A stretch of 64,000 nt of DNA, taken from positions 2,843,274 to 2,907,273 of the forward strand of contig CP070670.1 of NCBI GenBank assembly GCA_020351855.1, in the 5' to 3' direction. The DNA is from Gemmatimonadota bacterium. GTDB taxonomy: Bacteria; Gemmatimonadota; Gemmatimonadetes; Palauibacterales; Palauibacteraceae. Below the pieces are notes generated by a model that did not search any database, was not told the DNA's origin, and worked only from the letters and a program-made list of their open reading frames with translations. Positions 37,653 to 47,123 of the stretch are shown piece by piece (within the stretch, counting starts at the first letter, position 1; the number at the start of each line of letters is the position of its first letter). Made by a program: the position numbers and the translations under genes.

Positions 37653-38708
37653 TCAGGGAGGCGAGCTGGCCGCTGCGGGAGCCTCTTCCCTCCGGTACCG
37701 AGCCCGGTGCTGCAGCGCGAGATCGAGGACGTCACCGGGCACCATCGTGGTCCGGAAGCTCTCCGCGAACGATTCCGCTGCCGCACGCCACGGATCCGCG
37801 TCATCGCCCACCTCAACGCGAATGACCTGGAGACCGCGCATCTCCATCTCGGCCAGCGACTCTTCGTCGCGCCGGGGGATCTCGACCGCCAGCCGCTCGC
37901 CCGCAACTCGCGCCGCCTCGAGCAGCGCGGACTGGTCGCGCTCGGTCAGCTGCTCCCACGCCTCTTCGGCGATCACCGTCGCACCGACGAGGGGAGCGAA
38001 CCCCGGATGCAGCATGTACGGTGTCTGCCGATACCACTGAAAAGCGAGGGCTCCGAGGGGAGGGGCCGGCAGGCCGTCAATCATCCCGCTCTGCAGGCCG
38101 ACCATGATGTCGGTCGCCGACAGCGCGACCGGGTTGTAACCGTTCGCCCGCCAGAGCCGCACGAGGCGGTCGTCGCCCGTCCCCGCGTACATCTTGAGGC
38201 GCTTCAGATCGGACACCGTGCGGGTCGGCGACTTGGAGAAGAAGTGCAGCCAGCCGCCGTAGCCCCAGTGAAGGACGACCAGGCCGTGCGCCCCCAACCT
38301 CTCCTTCAGAGTAGGCGTCAGCCGGTCAAGAACGTAGAAGAACTCCTCGATCGACTCGAAGAAGAGCGGGATCTGGAAGACGTTGAACGCATCGTCCAGC
38401 TCGGCGAGGCCGCTCACCGTCAGGGTTGCCGCCTGCAGCTGCCCGTGGCGGATCTTGCGCAGGGTGGCCTGATCGTCGCCCGCCACCCCTCCCGGATAGA
38501 TGACGAGCCGAACCCGGCCGGCCGTCGCCTCCTGCCATTCGTGACCCATGTCTTCGAGTATCCGGTGCCAGGGAGAGCCGTCGGGCGCCAGCGTGGCCAG
38601 CTTGACGCGCATCCGGCTCTGCGCCGACGCGTTCTCCGTCGCCCCGATGCTCAGGCACAGCACCGCCAGCACGCTCGTCCACGCAAACCATCTCCTCTGC
38701 CGCCCCAT
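37653..38708 (-). CDS. TRAP transporter substrate-binding protein (TatP / DctP family)
   Basis: Signal peptide, then DctP-family fold. Directly upstream of the fused permease. Confidence 0.75.
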   Translation of the reverse strand: MGRQRRWFAWTSVLAVLCLSIGATENASAQSRMRVKLATLAPDGSPWHRILEDMGHEWQEATAGRVRLVIYPGGVAGDDQATLRKIRHGQLQAATLTVSGLAELDDAFNVFQIPLFFESIEEFFYVLDRLTPTLKERLGAHGLVVLHWGYGGWLHFFSKSPTRTVSDLKRLKMYAGTGDDRLVRLWRANGYNPVALSATDIMVGLQSGMIDGLPAPPLGALAFQWYRQTPYMLHPGFAPLVGATVIAEEAWEQLTERDQSALLEAARVAGERLAVEIPRRDEESLAEMEMRGLQVIRVEVGDDADPWRAAAESFAESFRTTMVPGDVLDLALQHRARYRREEAPAAASSPP

Positions 38709-38730
38709 CGCTCCCGCTCCGATCCGTTCC

Positions 38731-39660
38731 CTACTCGAGAAAGTAGTCCTCCACGTGGTCCAGCATGTGGCGGGCGCGCCTCTGCGCCACGAGGTTCTGC
38801 AGCCGCCGGCTCGGCTCCGCGTCCGGGTCGATGGCGAGCGCCTGGAGCATCAGTCGCTCGAAGACCTCCCGGTCCTGCTCGGGCAGCATCACGCTCGTGG
38901 CGTACGTGGCGTAGGTGCCCGCCTGCCGGCCTCCGTTCAGCTCGAGGGCGCGCTCGAAGTGCGCCCGAGCAGCCTCCGGACTGCCTCCCATGCTTCTCGG
39001 AAGCCCCCTCAGCATGACAAAGACCTCGTGGATCGCCCCCTCCCCGAAATCCTCTTCGAGGTCCAGCACCCTCTCCATCATCGCGATCACGGCCGGCAGA
39101 TCGGCGATCAGGTCGGGGCGGTCCTTGCCGCGCGAGATCGCCGAGCCCCAGGCGGCCGCCGTCCAGTAAAGCAGCGGCACGTCCTCCAGGGTCATGACGG
39201 CCACGGCGCTGTCCGGGTCCAGGAGCAGGCCCTGCTCGAGCCCGGCGTGCCGGAGCTCCAGGGCGCGCAGGCCGTACCCCTTGGCACGCAGATACAGGCC
39301 GAGCGCCCTGTCGTACTGCTCCCTCGAGCGCTCGTAGTCCTCCTCTTCGAGCAGGATCGCACCCGTCTCCACGCAGACGTACGCATACTGCGTAAAGCCC
39401 TGGGTAGCGCTGAACAGGAGCCGCTGGCTCTCGGGCTGCTTCGCGAGAAGACCCTCCACCGTGGACAGGGCGAAGGGGATGGACTCGCAGACGAACTCCG
39501 GATCGTCCCCCGAAGACCACACCTCCGTCGTCGCCTCCATCAGACCCGTGATGCTGTTGGCCGCCATCTTGTTGACCACCCCGCAACCGCTCAGCGAAAG
39601 CACGAGCAGCGGTGCAGCCGCCGCGAAGCCAGCCCTGCGAAGTCTGGAAGTCGTCTTCAT
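38731..39660 (-). CDS. TatT-like TPR lipoprotein of TPR-protein-associated TRAP transporters (TPATs)
   Basis: Lipobox LSLSGCG, all-helical TPR-like body. It is the first gene of the TatT-TatP-TatQM array. Confidence 0.7.
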   Translation of the reverse strand: MKTTSRLRRAGFAAAAPLLVLSLSGCGVVNKMAANSITGLMEATTEVWSSGDDPEFVCESIPFALSTVEGLLAKQPESQRLLFSATQGFTQYAYVCVETGAILLEEEDYERSREQYDRALGLYLRAKGYGLRALELRHAGLEQGLLLDPDSAVAVMTLEDVPLLYWTAAAWGSAISRGKDRPDLIADLPAVIAMMERVLDLEEDFGEGAIHEVFVMLRGLPRSMGGSPEAARAHFERALELNGGRQAGTYATYATSVMLPEQDREVFERLMLQALAIDPDAEPSRRLQNLVAQRRARHMLDHVEDYFLE

Positions 39661-39789
39661 CCCATTCGGTGCGGGCGAACGTCAGCCGCCGACCTCGATC
39701 CGATACAACATAGCGAGGCAAGATAGCGAACAGGCGTGTGCCGGACCTCGCTGCAGCAGGACGCGGTGTCGATCGGACAGGCGGGACGG

Positions 39790-41961
39790 CTAGCGATCTA
39801 TGCCCAGCTGATCGAGGATGAACGCATACTCCAGGGCAAGCTCACGGTAGCGCCTGTAGCGTCCCGACGCTCCCCCATGTCCCGCGTCCATGTTCGTCTT
39901 GAGCACCAGCAGGTGATCGTCCGTCTTCAGCGCTCGGAGCTTGGCCACCCACTTGGCTGGCTCCCAGTACTGCACCTGCGAATCGTGCAGACCCGTCGTG
40001 ACGAACATCGCGGGATATGCCTTCGGCACGACATTGTCGTACGGGGAATAGGAGAGCATGTACTCGTAGTAGTCCCTGTCGCCCGGGTCGCCCCATTCGT
40101 CGTACTCGAAGGTCGTAAGCGGGATGGACTCATCCAGCATGGTCGTCACCACATCCACGAACGGCACGTGTGCCACGATCCCCCTCCACAACTCCGGACG
40201 CATGTTCGCCACCGCGCCCATCAGGAGCCCGCCCGCGCTTCCTCCTCGGGCGAAGAGGAGGTCCGGCGTCGTGAGGCCGCGTCCGATCAGGTACTCGGCC
40301 GCGTCGATGAAGTCGGCGAACGTGTTCCTCTTATTCAGCAGCCTGCCGTCCTCGTACCACTCCCGTCCTAGCTCCTGCCCCCCCCGAATGTGGGCGATCG
40401 CGTAAACGATGCCGCGATCGAGCAGGCTGAGCCTGGGCGAGTCGAACGACGCGTCGATGCTGGCCCCGTAGGAGCCGTAACCGTAGAGGACGAGCGGATT
40501 CCCCCCCTCCCGGAGTGCGTCGGTCCGATACACGAGGGAGATCGGTACCCTCACGCCGTCCCGGGCCGGCGCGTACAGACGCTCCGTCGTGTAGACCTCC
40601 GGATCGAAGCCGCCGAGCACCTCTTCCCTCTTCAGCAGCAGCTTCTCGCGTCGCCTCATGTCGTAGTCGTAGACGGATTCCGGGGTCTTCATCGATTCGT
40701 AGCCGAACCGCAGGACGTGCGTGTCCATCTCCGGGTTGTCGTGCACCCAGGCCAGATAGGCCGGCTCTCCGAAGTCCAGGTAGTGGTGAGGCCCGCCGGA
40801 CCACGGCTGGATCCTCATGCGGCGCAGACCGTCCTGTCGCTCGACCGTCACCAAGTGGTCTCGAAACACCTCGAAGCCCTCGAGCAACACCCCATCTCGC
40901 TGTCCCAGCACCTCTTCCCAGTGAGCTCGGTCGCTCCGGCCCACAGGCGCCCGGACGAGCCGGAAGTTCTTCGCCCCATCGTTGGTGCGGATGTAGAAGT
41001 GCTCGCCGTGATGGTCGATCCCGTGCTCGTGACCCCGCTCGCGTGGCACGATCACGCGAAACGCCTGACCCGGAGTCGAGGCATCGACGAAACGGTGCTC
41101 GTCAGCCAGGGTATGGCTGCAAGAGATCACGACGAAGCGCTTCGATTTGGTCTTCCATACGTAGCAGCTCCACTCCTCGTCCTGCTCATCGTGCACCAGA
41201 GCGTCGGTGGCGGGATCGGTCCCCAGGATGTGCCGATAGACCGCATACGCCCTCAGGGTCCCGGGGTCACGCTTCACGTAGAAGAGGGTGCGGTTGTCCT
41301 CCGCCCAGGCGATGCTCCCCGAGGTGCCGGTCACCTCCTCCTCGAGGTACTCCCCGCTGTTCAGGTTCAGGAAGCGGATGGTGTACAGACGTCGACCGAT
41401 CGTGTCCTCGGCAAAGGCCAGGATGTCGGCTTCGGAGCTCACCCGAAGTCCGGCCGCAGCGTAGAAGTCATGGCCTTCGGCCAGCCGGTTGACGTCCAGC
41501 AGCAACTGCTCCGGAGCCTCCATCGAGCCCTCACGGCGCGCGTAGATCGGATACTCCTGTCCGTCCTCCGTCCGGCGGTAGTAGTAGAAATCGCCTTCCC
41601 GATAGGGCACCGACAGGTCCGTCTGCTTGATCCGGCCTTTGATCTCCCGGAAGAGAGACTCCTGCAGACCCTCCGTGTGGGCCATCATTTGCGCGGTGTA
41701 GTCGTTCTCCGCCTGCAGGTACTCAAGGACCGCCGGATCATCGCGGCGGCTGAGCCAGTAGTAGTCGTCGACCCGCACGTGTCCATGGTTCTCCAGACTC
41801 GTCGGCCACACCGGGGCGACCGGAGGTACGGGCCTGTCCGGTGCCGGCTCCTGAGCGGGCAGCCTGTGCGCGAGCGCGGGGCTCAAGAGTGCCAGACCGA
41901 CAAGGAACTGGACGACTCGATGGGACGGCGGGCGGCACCTGGCCGTGCGGGCGCGAAACAT
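39790..41961 (-). CDS. ptrB: Oligopeptidase B (protease II, S9A prolyl oligopeptidase family)
   Basis: N-terminal beta-propeller and a C-terminal alpha/beta hydrolase with GGSAGGLLMG (the GxSxGG nucleophile). Signal peptide; strong GGAGG RBS. Confidence 0.85.
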   Translation of the reverse strand: MFRARTARCRPPSHRVVQFLVGLALLSPALAHRLPAQEPAPDRPVPPVAPVWPTSLENHGHVRVDDYYWLSRRDDPAVLEYLQAENDYTAQMMAHTEGLQESLFREIKGRIKQTDLSVPYREGDFYYYRRTEDGQEYPIYARREGSMEAPEQLLLDVNRLAEGHDFYAAAGLRVSSEADILAFAEDTIGRRLYTIRFLNLNSGEYLEEEVTGTSGSIAWAEDNRTLFYVKRDPGTLRAYAVYRHILGTDPATDALVHDEQDEEWSCYVWKTKSKRFVVISCSHTLADEHRFVDASTPGQAFRVIVPRERGHEHGIDHHGEHFYIRTNDGAKNFRLVRAPVGRSDRAHWEEVLGQRDGVLLEGFEVFRDHLVTVERQDGLRRMRIQPWSGGPHHYLDFGEPAYLAWVHDNPEMDTHVLRFGYESMKTPESVYDYDMRRREKLLLKREEVLGGFDPEVYTTERLYAPARDGVRVPISLVYRTDALREGGNPLVLYGYGSYGASIDASFDSPRLSLLDRGIVYAIAHIRGGQELGREWYEDGRLLNKRNTFADFIDAAEYLIGRGLTTPDLLFARGGSAGGLLMGAVANMRPELWRGIVAHVPFVDVVTTMLDESIPLTTFEYDEWGDPGDRDYYEYMLSYSPYDNVVPKAYPAMFVTTGLHDSQVQYWEPAKWVAKLRALKTDDHLLVLKTNMDAGHGGASGRYRRYRELALEYAFILDQLGIDR

Positions 41962-42088
41962 CGGGATACCTCCTTCAGGCTTACCTCACGGGAAGGAACG
42001 CGCGGAACGCGACGTGGCCCCGAGGGAACCTCCCCGAGGCCGAGCCGTCGCGGACCGAGCCGGGTGGGAACGGACCTCCGGCCGGGGC

Positions 42089-43444
42089 CTAGACGGCCCC
42101 GTAGGCGAGCATCGCGTCGGCCACCTTGATGAACCCCGCGACGTTCGCGCCCTTCGGGTAGTTGACGAAATCACCCTCGTCGCCGTGCTCTACGCACTGT
42201 TCGTGGATGCTCCGCATCACCTTCTTGAGCTCGGCATCCACCTGCGCGTGCGTCCAGGAAAGCCCGATCGCGTTCTGGCTCATCTCCAGGCCGGACACGG
42301 CCACGCCGCCGGCGTTGGCCGCCTTGCCGAGTCCGTAGCAGATCTTGGCATCCAGAAACACCTGAACACCCTCCGGCTCGGTCGGCATGTTCGCGCCCTC
42401 GCCCACCGCGATGATGCCGTTCTTGACGAGTGTGCGCGCGTCCTCTCCCGTCAGCTCGTTCTGGGTCGCACAGGGGAAGGCGAGATCGACAGGCACGACC
42501 CAGGGATTCGTCTTCGGTTGGAAGGTGGCGCTGTCGAAGTGGTCGGCATACTCGTGAATCCGGCCGCGCCGCACCTCCTTGAGATCCCTCAGCCAGGCCA
42601 GCTTCTCCTCGTCGATTCCGTCCGGATCGTGAACGAAGCCGCTCGAATCCGACGCCGTGACCACCTTTGCTCCCTTCTCCACGAGCTTCTCGATCGTATA
42701 GATCGCGACGTTGCCCGATCCCGACACGGCGGCCGTCTTGCCCTCGAAGCCTTCCCCGATGTGCTCCAGCATGTGCTCGGTGAAGTAGACCACCCCGTAA
42801 CCGGTCGCTTCCTTCCGGACACGGCTGCCGCCGAACGACAACCCCTTACCGGTAAGGACGCCCGCCACGCGATTCACCAGACGCTTGTACTGGCCGTACA
42901 TGAAGCCGATCTCACGCGCTCCCACGCCGATGTCGCCCGCCGGTATGTCGGTGTTCTCGCCAATGTGCCGGGAAAGCTCCACCATGAGCGACTGGCAGAA
43001 GCTCATGACCTCGTTGTCGCTCTTTCCCTTCGGATCGAAGTTCGCCCCTCCCTTCGCGCCCCCCATGGGAAGGCCCGTGAGCGCGTTCTTGAAGGTCTGT
43101 TCGAAACCCAGAAACTTCAGCGTGCCCAGCGTTACCGTGGGGTGGAAGCGGAGCCCGCCCTTGTAAGGACCGATCGAGTTGTTGAACTGGACGCGCCATG
43201 CACGGTTGACGTGAATCTCACCATCGTCGTCGACCCAGGTGACCCGGAACGTGATCACCCGGTCCGGCTCGCACATCCGCTCCAGTATCTTTGCCTCGCG
43301 GTACCGCTCGTGCTCCAGCACGAACGGCATCAGCGTCTCGACGACCTCGTGAACCGCCTGGTGGAACTCCGGCTCGCCGGGGTTCCTCCGGACCACCCAA
43401 TCCATGAACTGGTCGATCTCCTTGGTAACACCTGCAGCGGACAT
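42089..43444 (-). CDS. gdhA: NADP-specific glutamate dehydrogenase
   Basis: GGAKGG Lys site, GSGNVAIY dinucleotide fold, 451 aa. RBS AGGAGAGG. Confidence 0.9.
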   Translation of the reverse strand: MSAAGVTKEIDQFMDWVVRRNPGEPEFHQAVHEVVETLMPFVLEHERYREAKILERMCEPDRVITFRVTWVDDDGEIHVNRAWRVQFNNSIGPYKGGLRFHPTVTLGTLKFLGFEQTFKNALTGLPMGGAKGGANFDPKGKSDNEVMSFCQSLMVELSRHIGENTDIPAGDIGVGAREIGFMYGQYKRLVNRVAGVLTGKGLSFGGSRVRKEATGYGVVYFTEHMLEHIGEGFEGKTAAVSGSGNVAIYTIEKLVEKGAKVVTASDSSGFVHDPDGIDEEKLAWLRDLKEVRRGRIHEYADHFDSATFQPKTNPWVVPVDLAFPCATQNELTGEDARTLVKNGIIAVGEGANMPTEPEGVQVFLDAKICYGLGKAANAGGVAVSGLEMSQNAIGLSWTHAQVDAELKKVMRSIHEQCVEHGDEGDFVNYPKGANVAGFIKVADAMLAYGAV

Positions 43445-43528
43445 CGGCCTCTCCTATGTGTGCTGATCTTTGCGGGCTTGCGTGTGCAGTTCGATCGCAG
43501 TCGCTATCGCATCGCGGATTCCAGGACT

Positions 43529-43544
43529 TGGCACCGCCGGTGCC
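43529..43544 (-). promoter_or_regulatory. Palindromic TGGCACC-N-GGTGCC element satisfying sigma-54 GG-N10-GC spacing, about 85 nt upstream of gdhA (speculative)
   Basis: TGGCACCGCCGGTGCC. On the minus strand it reads GGCAC-N5-GTGC, pointing towards gdhA. Confidence 0.2.
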
Positions 43545-43621
43545 GGAGCACTGATAACCGGCCTTCCGACAAACCGCCAGACCCCGAGGGCGCTGCCCCG
43601 AGCCGGGGACAGCTGTCGGAC

Positions 43622-43656
43622 AACAAGAAGAAGGGCGGCCTCGCAAGAGGCCGCCC
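43622..43656 (-). terminator. Rho-independent terminator for the SnoaL-like gene (minus strand)
   Basis: 10-bp stem GGGCGGCCTC / GAGGCCGCCC with a GCAA tetraloop (43633-43656). On the minus strand it is followed by a TTCTTCTTGTT tract. Confidence 0.6.
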
Positions 43657-43691
43657 CCCGGGTTGAGCGAGCAGCCGAAACCATCCTGCGT

Positions 43692-44153
43692 TCAGAACGC
43701 GGTCGTCACGGGCTTCTCCAGCAGGGAGACTCCGAGCTGCTGCAGCATCGTGAGCAGATCGAAATAGTTTCGATTCTCCTTCACGACCTCGCCCTCGAGC
43801 TCGAACACCTCAGCCGATCGCACGGTGCACGGCTTGAAGGTCGCGGCGATCTCGCCCATCGGGCCGCGGAGCGTTCCGTTGTGGGTGCCCTTCCACTCGA
43901 CCTCGGCGATGACGTACTTGTCATGCGCGAAGATGTTCTTCACGTCGCCCTTGAGGTCCGAGAATGCATTCCGCCAGTCCTTGAACGCCTCGATGATCTG
44001 CGCCTGGCCCTGGAGGCGGCGGCCCGTGGCCGGCTCCGTGTACACGGCATTGGGTGACAGGAGCGACCTGATCTTGTCCCAGTCCCCCCTGTTGAACGCC
44101 TCGATGTGATCCCGACCGATGCGGATGGGATCGAAGTGCTTGCCCCTTTCCAT
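43692..44153 (-). CDS. SnoaL-like / NTF2-fold (ester cyclase-like) protein
   Basis: 153 aa starting MERGKHFDPIRIGRDHIEAFNRGDWDKI, typical of the SnoaL_2 family. Very strong RBS GAAAGGAGGA. The 84-aa N-extension in the ORF track is R/G/P junk. Confidence 0.75.
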   Translation of the reverse strand: MERGKHFDPIRIGRDHIEAFNRGDWDKIRSLLSPNAVYTEPATGRRLQGQAQIIEAFKDWRNAFSDLKGDVKNIFAHDKYVIAEVEWKGTHNGTLRGPMGEIAATFKPCTVRSAEVFELEGEVVKENRNYFDLLTMLQQLGVSLLEKPVTTAF

Positions 44154-44568
44154 GGCATCCTCCTTTCGAGACTTTCGGAGGTCCGAAGGCGGTGCCTCCG
44201 GACCGTGCGGCCCGGATGGGTGCACGCGGTCGGGGGTCATTGCCTTGCGCCGGCTGCCCGCAGTTGTAGCTTGATCCCTCGCACGCGTGAGCCCTACCCG
44301 GGGTCGCGCGTCACGGGCTGTCCGCCGGTGTCCTCCTCCAAGAGCCACCGGCTGGCAGCCTTTTGCATGTTGGCCGGCCCGACGTGCGCCGAAGCCGGCT
44401 GTCATACTCGTCGGAACTACGGTATGGGGAAATTCGCCATCCGGCTATCGGGCAAAGAACGACGAGAACTGTCCGGAGATTCTCCATTCGGCGCCGGCGC
44501 TCGGCGTCACGGAGCGGCGGTAGGTCCGGTTTGTCCCCAGTAGGCCGATGCGCCCCCCCGTCTGCCCC

Positions 44569-45885
44569 CTAGCCCCGCAGGACCGCGCGCAGACTCCCTA
44601 TCACCTGCTCCACATCCGACTCGCTGAAGATGAGCGACGGACGGAAACGAATGGAGCGCGGACCGCTGGTCAGTGTGGCGAGACCGGCGTCCCAGCAGCG
44701 GGCACGCACCTCGTTGCGCGTCGAGCCGTCGGGTAAATCGAAGGCAAGCATGCACCCCCTGCCGCGCGCGTTGCTCACCACGTCGAACTCGTCCTCCAGC
44801 TCTTGCAGGCCTTGCAGGAACAGCTCGCCCACGCGGTCCGCGTTCGCGACGAGTGCCTCCTCCTTCATCAGCTCCAGGTATCGCGCGCAGCGAACCATGT
44901 CGACCAGGTTGCCCCCCCAGGTCGAGTTGATGCGACCGGACACGTTGAAGACGTTGGTCGGAATCTCGTCGATACGGCGCGTGCTCATGATTCCGCACAC
45001 CTGGGTCTTCTTGCCGAAGGCTACGATGTCGGGCGTGACGCCAAAGTGCTCGTACGCCCACATGGCGCCGGTGCTGCCCATCCCCGTCTGGACCTCGTCA
45101 AAGATGAGGAGGGCATCCCGTGCGTCGGCAACGCGCCGGAGCGCCTGGAGAAACTCGGCCCGGAAATGGTTGTCCCCGCCCTCGCCCTGGATAGGCTCGA
45201 TCAGGATGCCCGCGATCCCGTGCGGATCTCTATCGAACGCCTCCTCGATCTCCCGCAGGGAGGCCTGCTCCGCCGCCTCCGCGGCCGACTCATCGATCGG
45301 AAAGTGAAGCTTGGGATTCGAGATCCGGGGCCAGTCGAAGCGGGGAAAGTCGGCCACTTTGACCGGGTCCGTGCTGGTGACCGAGAGGGCATAGCCCGTG
45401 CGGCCGTGGAATCCTTCCCGGAAGTGGAGGATCTTGTCCGCTCCGCCATCCACGCCCCTGCTTCGATTGAGCTGGGCCTTCCAGTCGAAGGCGGCCTTCA
45501 TCGCGTTCTCCACGGCCGGAGCACCGCCGGCCACGAAGAAGAGGTGCGGGAACTCGTCGGGAACGGCCCGCTCCCGGAAGGTGCGCACGAAGCCCGCGTA
45601 CTCACGGCAATAGACGTCGCTGTTGGCCGGGTTGGCGAGGGCCGCCAACATGAGGGAACTCCGGAATCCCTCGTCATCCAGTCCCGGGTGGTTGTGCCCC
45701 AGGGGCAGGGTGGCAAAGTAGGCGTAACAGTCCAGGTACTCCTTGCCCGTCAGGGCATCGACCATGACCGTCCCGTGGGACTTCTCCAGATCGATCACGA
45801 TGTGGAAGCCGTCCACGAGGACGTTCGCCTTGAGGGTGGGAAACACCTCGCTGGCCGGTACGGTCACGCCCCTGTCCAGTATCAT
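44569..45885 (-). CDS. lat: L-lysine 6-transaminase (lysine epsilon-aminotransferase; class III PLP aminotransferase)
   Basis: N-terminus VLVDGFHIVIDLEKSHGTVMVDALTGKEYLDCYAYFATLPLGHNHP is diagnostic of LAT. PLP Lys region FGKKTQVCG. The start is set at ATG 45885; the ORF stays open upstream to 46032. Confidence 0.75.
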   Translation of the reverse strand: MILDRGVTVPASEVFPTLKANVLVDGFHIVIDLEKSHGTVMVDALTGKEYLDCYAYFATLPLGHNHPGLDDEGFRSSLMLAALANPANSDVYCREYAGFVRTFRERAVPDEFPHLFFVAGGAPAVENAMKAAFDWKAQLNRSRGVDGGADKILHFREGFHGRTGYALSVTSTDPVKVADFPRFDWPRISNPKLHFPIDESAAEAAEQASLREIEEAFDRDPHGIAGILIEPIQGEGGDNHFRAEFLQALRRVADARDALLIFDEVQTGMGSTGAMWAYEHFGVTPDIVAFGKKTQVCGIMSTRRIDEIPTNVFNVSGRINSTWGGNLVDMVRCARYLELMKEEALVANADRVGELFLQGLQELEDEFDVVSNARGRGCMLAFDLPDGSTRNEVRARCWDAGLATLTSGPRSIRFRPSLIFSESDVEQVIGSLRAVLRG

Positions 45886-46066
45886 GTGTGACACGAGTCG
45901 CCTCGGTGGTTGCGGTGAGCGGAAGTCGGGTTGACGCGACTTCGCGAGCCTCTCTGGATCGTTCACTCCTCGGGACAAGATATCAAGATGGCCGACCGGC
46001 GGCCCCTCCGGATCCGGTCGGCCCGCCGCCATTTCGGTCTCGCGCCGACCGGTCTACGTTGCCGCC

Positions 46067-46531
46067 ATGGAACCTCGACCGTTCGTCGTGGATGAGCGCG
46101 TCCGCTGGTCGGACGTCGATTTCGCCGGAATCATATTCTACGGCGCCTACTTCCGATTCTTCGAGCTTGGCGAGATGGAGCTCTTCCGGGCGGCCGGCCT
46201 GCCGTACAGCGAGGTGTTCGAGCGGTTCGACATCTGGTTGCCGCGGGTCCACCTCGACTGCGATTTCAAGTACCCGGCGCGGCTCGACGACGAGCTGACG
46301 GTGGCGGCGTACTTCACACGCTTCGGCACCAGCTCGATCTCCATCAACTTCGATGTCCTGCACCGGGGTGCCCGAACACTCGCGGCCACGGGCCACGTCG
46401 TCCTCGTGTGCACCGGGAGAGACCCCATTAAGCCCCGGCCGCTCCCGCAGGAGGTCCGGGCACTCCTCGAGCCGTTCGCCATGAGCGAGGGCGCGGCGCG
46501 GCGGTTCCTCGGTCTGGGGGCGGAGGCCTAA
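46067..46531 (+). CDS. Acyl-CoA thioesterase (4HBT / YbgC-like hotdog fold)
   Basis: VRWSDVDFAGIIFYGAYFRFFELGEMELFRAAG matches the 4HBT family. Confidence 0.8.
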   Translation: MEPRPFVVDERVRWSDVDFAGIIFYGAYFRFFELGEMELFRAAGLPYSEVFERFDIWLPRVHLDCDFKYPARLDDELTVAAYFTRFGTSSISINFDVLHRGARTLAATGHVVLVCTGRDPIKPRPLPQEVRALLEPFAMSEGAARRFLGLGAEA

Positions 46532-46554
46532 TCTCGGACACGGCCCAAAGGCCG

Positions 46555-46983
46555 CTAGCGCTCAACCGTAAAGTGGACCGTGTCGGCCGCCGGAGGGCTG
46601 AGGGGTACATGACTCCGATCGGCGAGCACCGCGATCACGCGATGCGCGCCTGGCTCCAGCTCCTCCAAGACGAACTCCGTCTCGCCACCCCCTAGGTGGA
46701 GAATGCCGAGCACCCCGGCGGGGATCGTGTCGCTCAGCGGGGTGATGTCGCGGTCGATGAAGAGGTGGTGGTGGGCCGTCCCCTCCCTCTCCGCAGCGAC
46801 GGGGGCGATCTGCACCGCCCGGGCGCGCAGAACGACTCGGACGTTGCCATCGGGGAGCACGGCTCCCTCTTCCGGCGCGACGATCTCGACGCTCGGGGGT
46901 TCGGGTTCCCCCTGACCGCAGGAGATCACGCCGATCACAAGGAGCGTCATCGCGGCAGCTCCTGCCTTGGGCCATCGGCTCAT
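46555..46983 (-). CDS. DUF4399-like periplasmic lipoprotein
   Basis: Lipobox VISCGQ, then VEIVAPEEGAVLPDGNVRVVL...HHHLFID, typical of DUF4399. RBS GGAGGAGGG; the start is set at ATG 46983. Confidence 0.6.
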   Translation of the reverse strand: MSRWPKAGAAAMTLLVIGVISCGQGEPEPPSVEIVAPEEGAVLPDGNVRVVLRARAVQIAPVAAEREGTAHHHLFIDRDITPLSDTIPAGVLGILHLGGGETEFVLEELEPGAHRVIAVLADRSHVPLSPPAADTVHFTVER

Positions 46984-47123
46984 GTTCAACGCCCTCCTCC
47001 TTGCACGGTTTCCCGCACGCCGGGTCTCGGCCTTCTCCGCCGGGAACCGGGCGGCTGTGCGCTGCGTTTCCATCTCGACCGTTCGCCGGCGAGCGACCGT
47101 TCGTTCTCCAATCGAGGGATAGG

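Noticed and set aside
44180-44204. SRP (4.5S) RNA-like GGTCCGAAGG motif in the LAT / SnoaL gap
   Set aside because: Only partial resemblance to the domain IV consensus (GGUCCGGAAGGAAGCAGC), and the flanking helices do not fit. RNase P motifs (GGAAAGTCCGGGC) are also absent.
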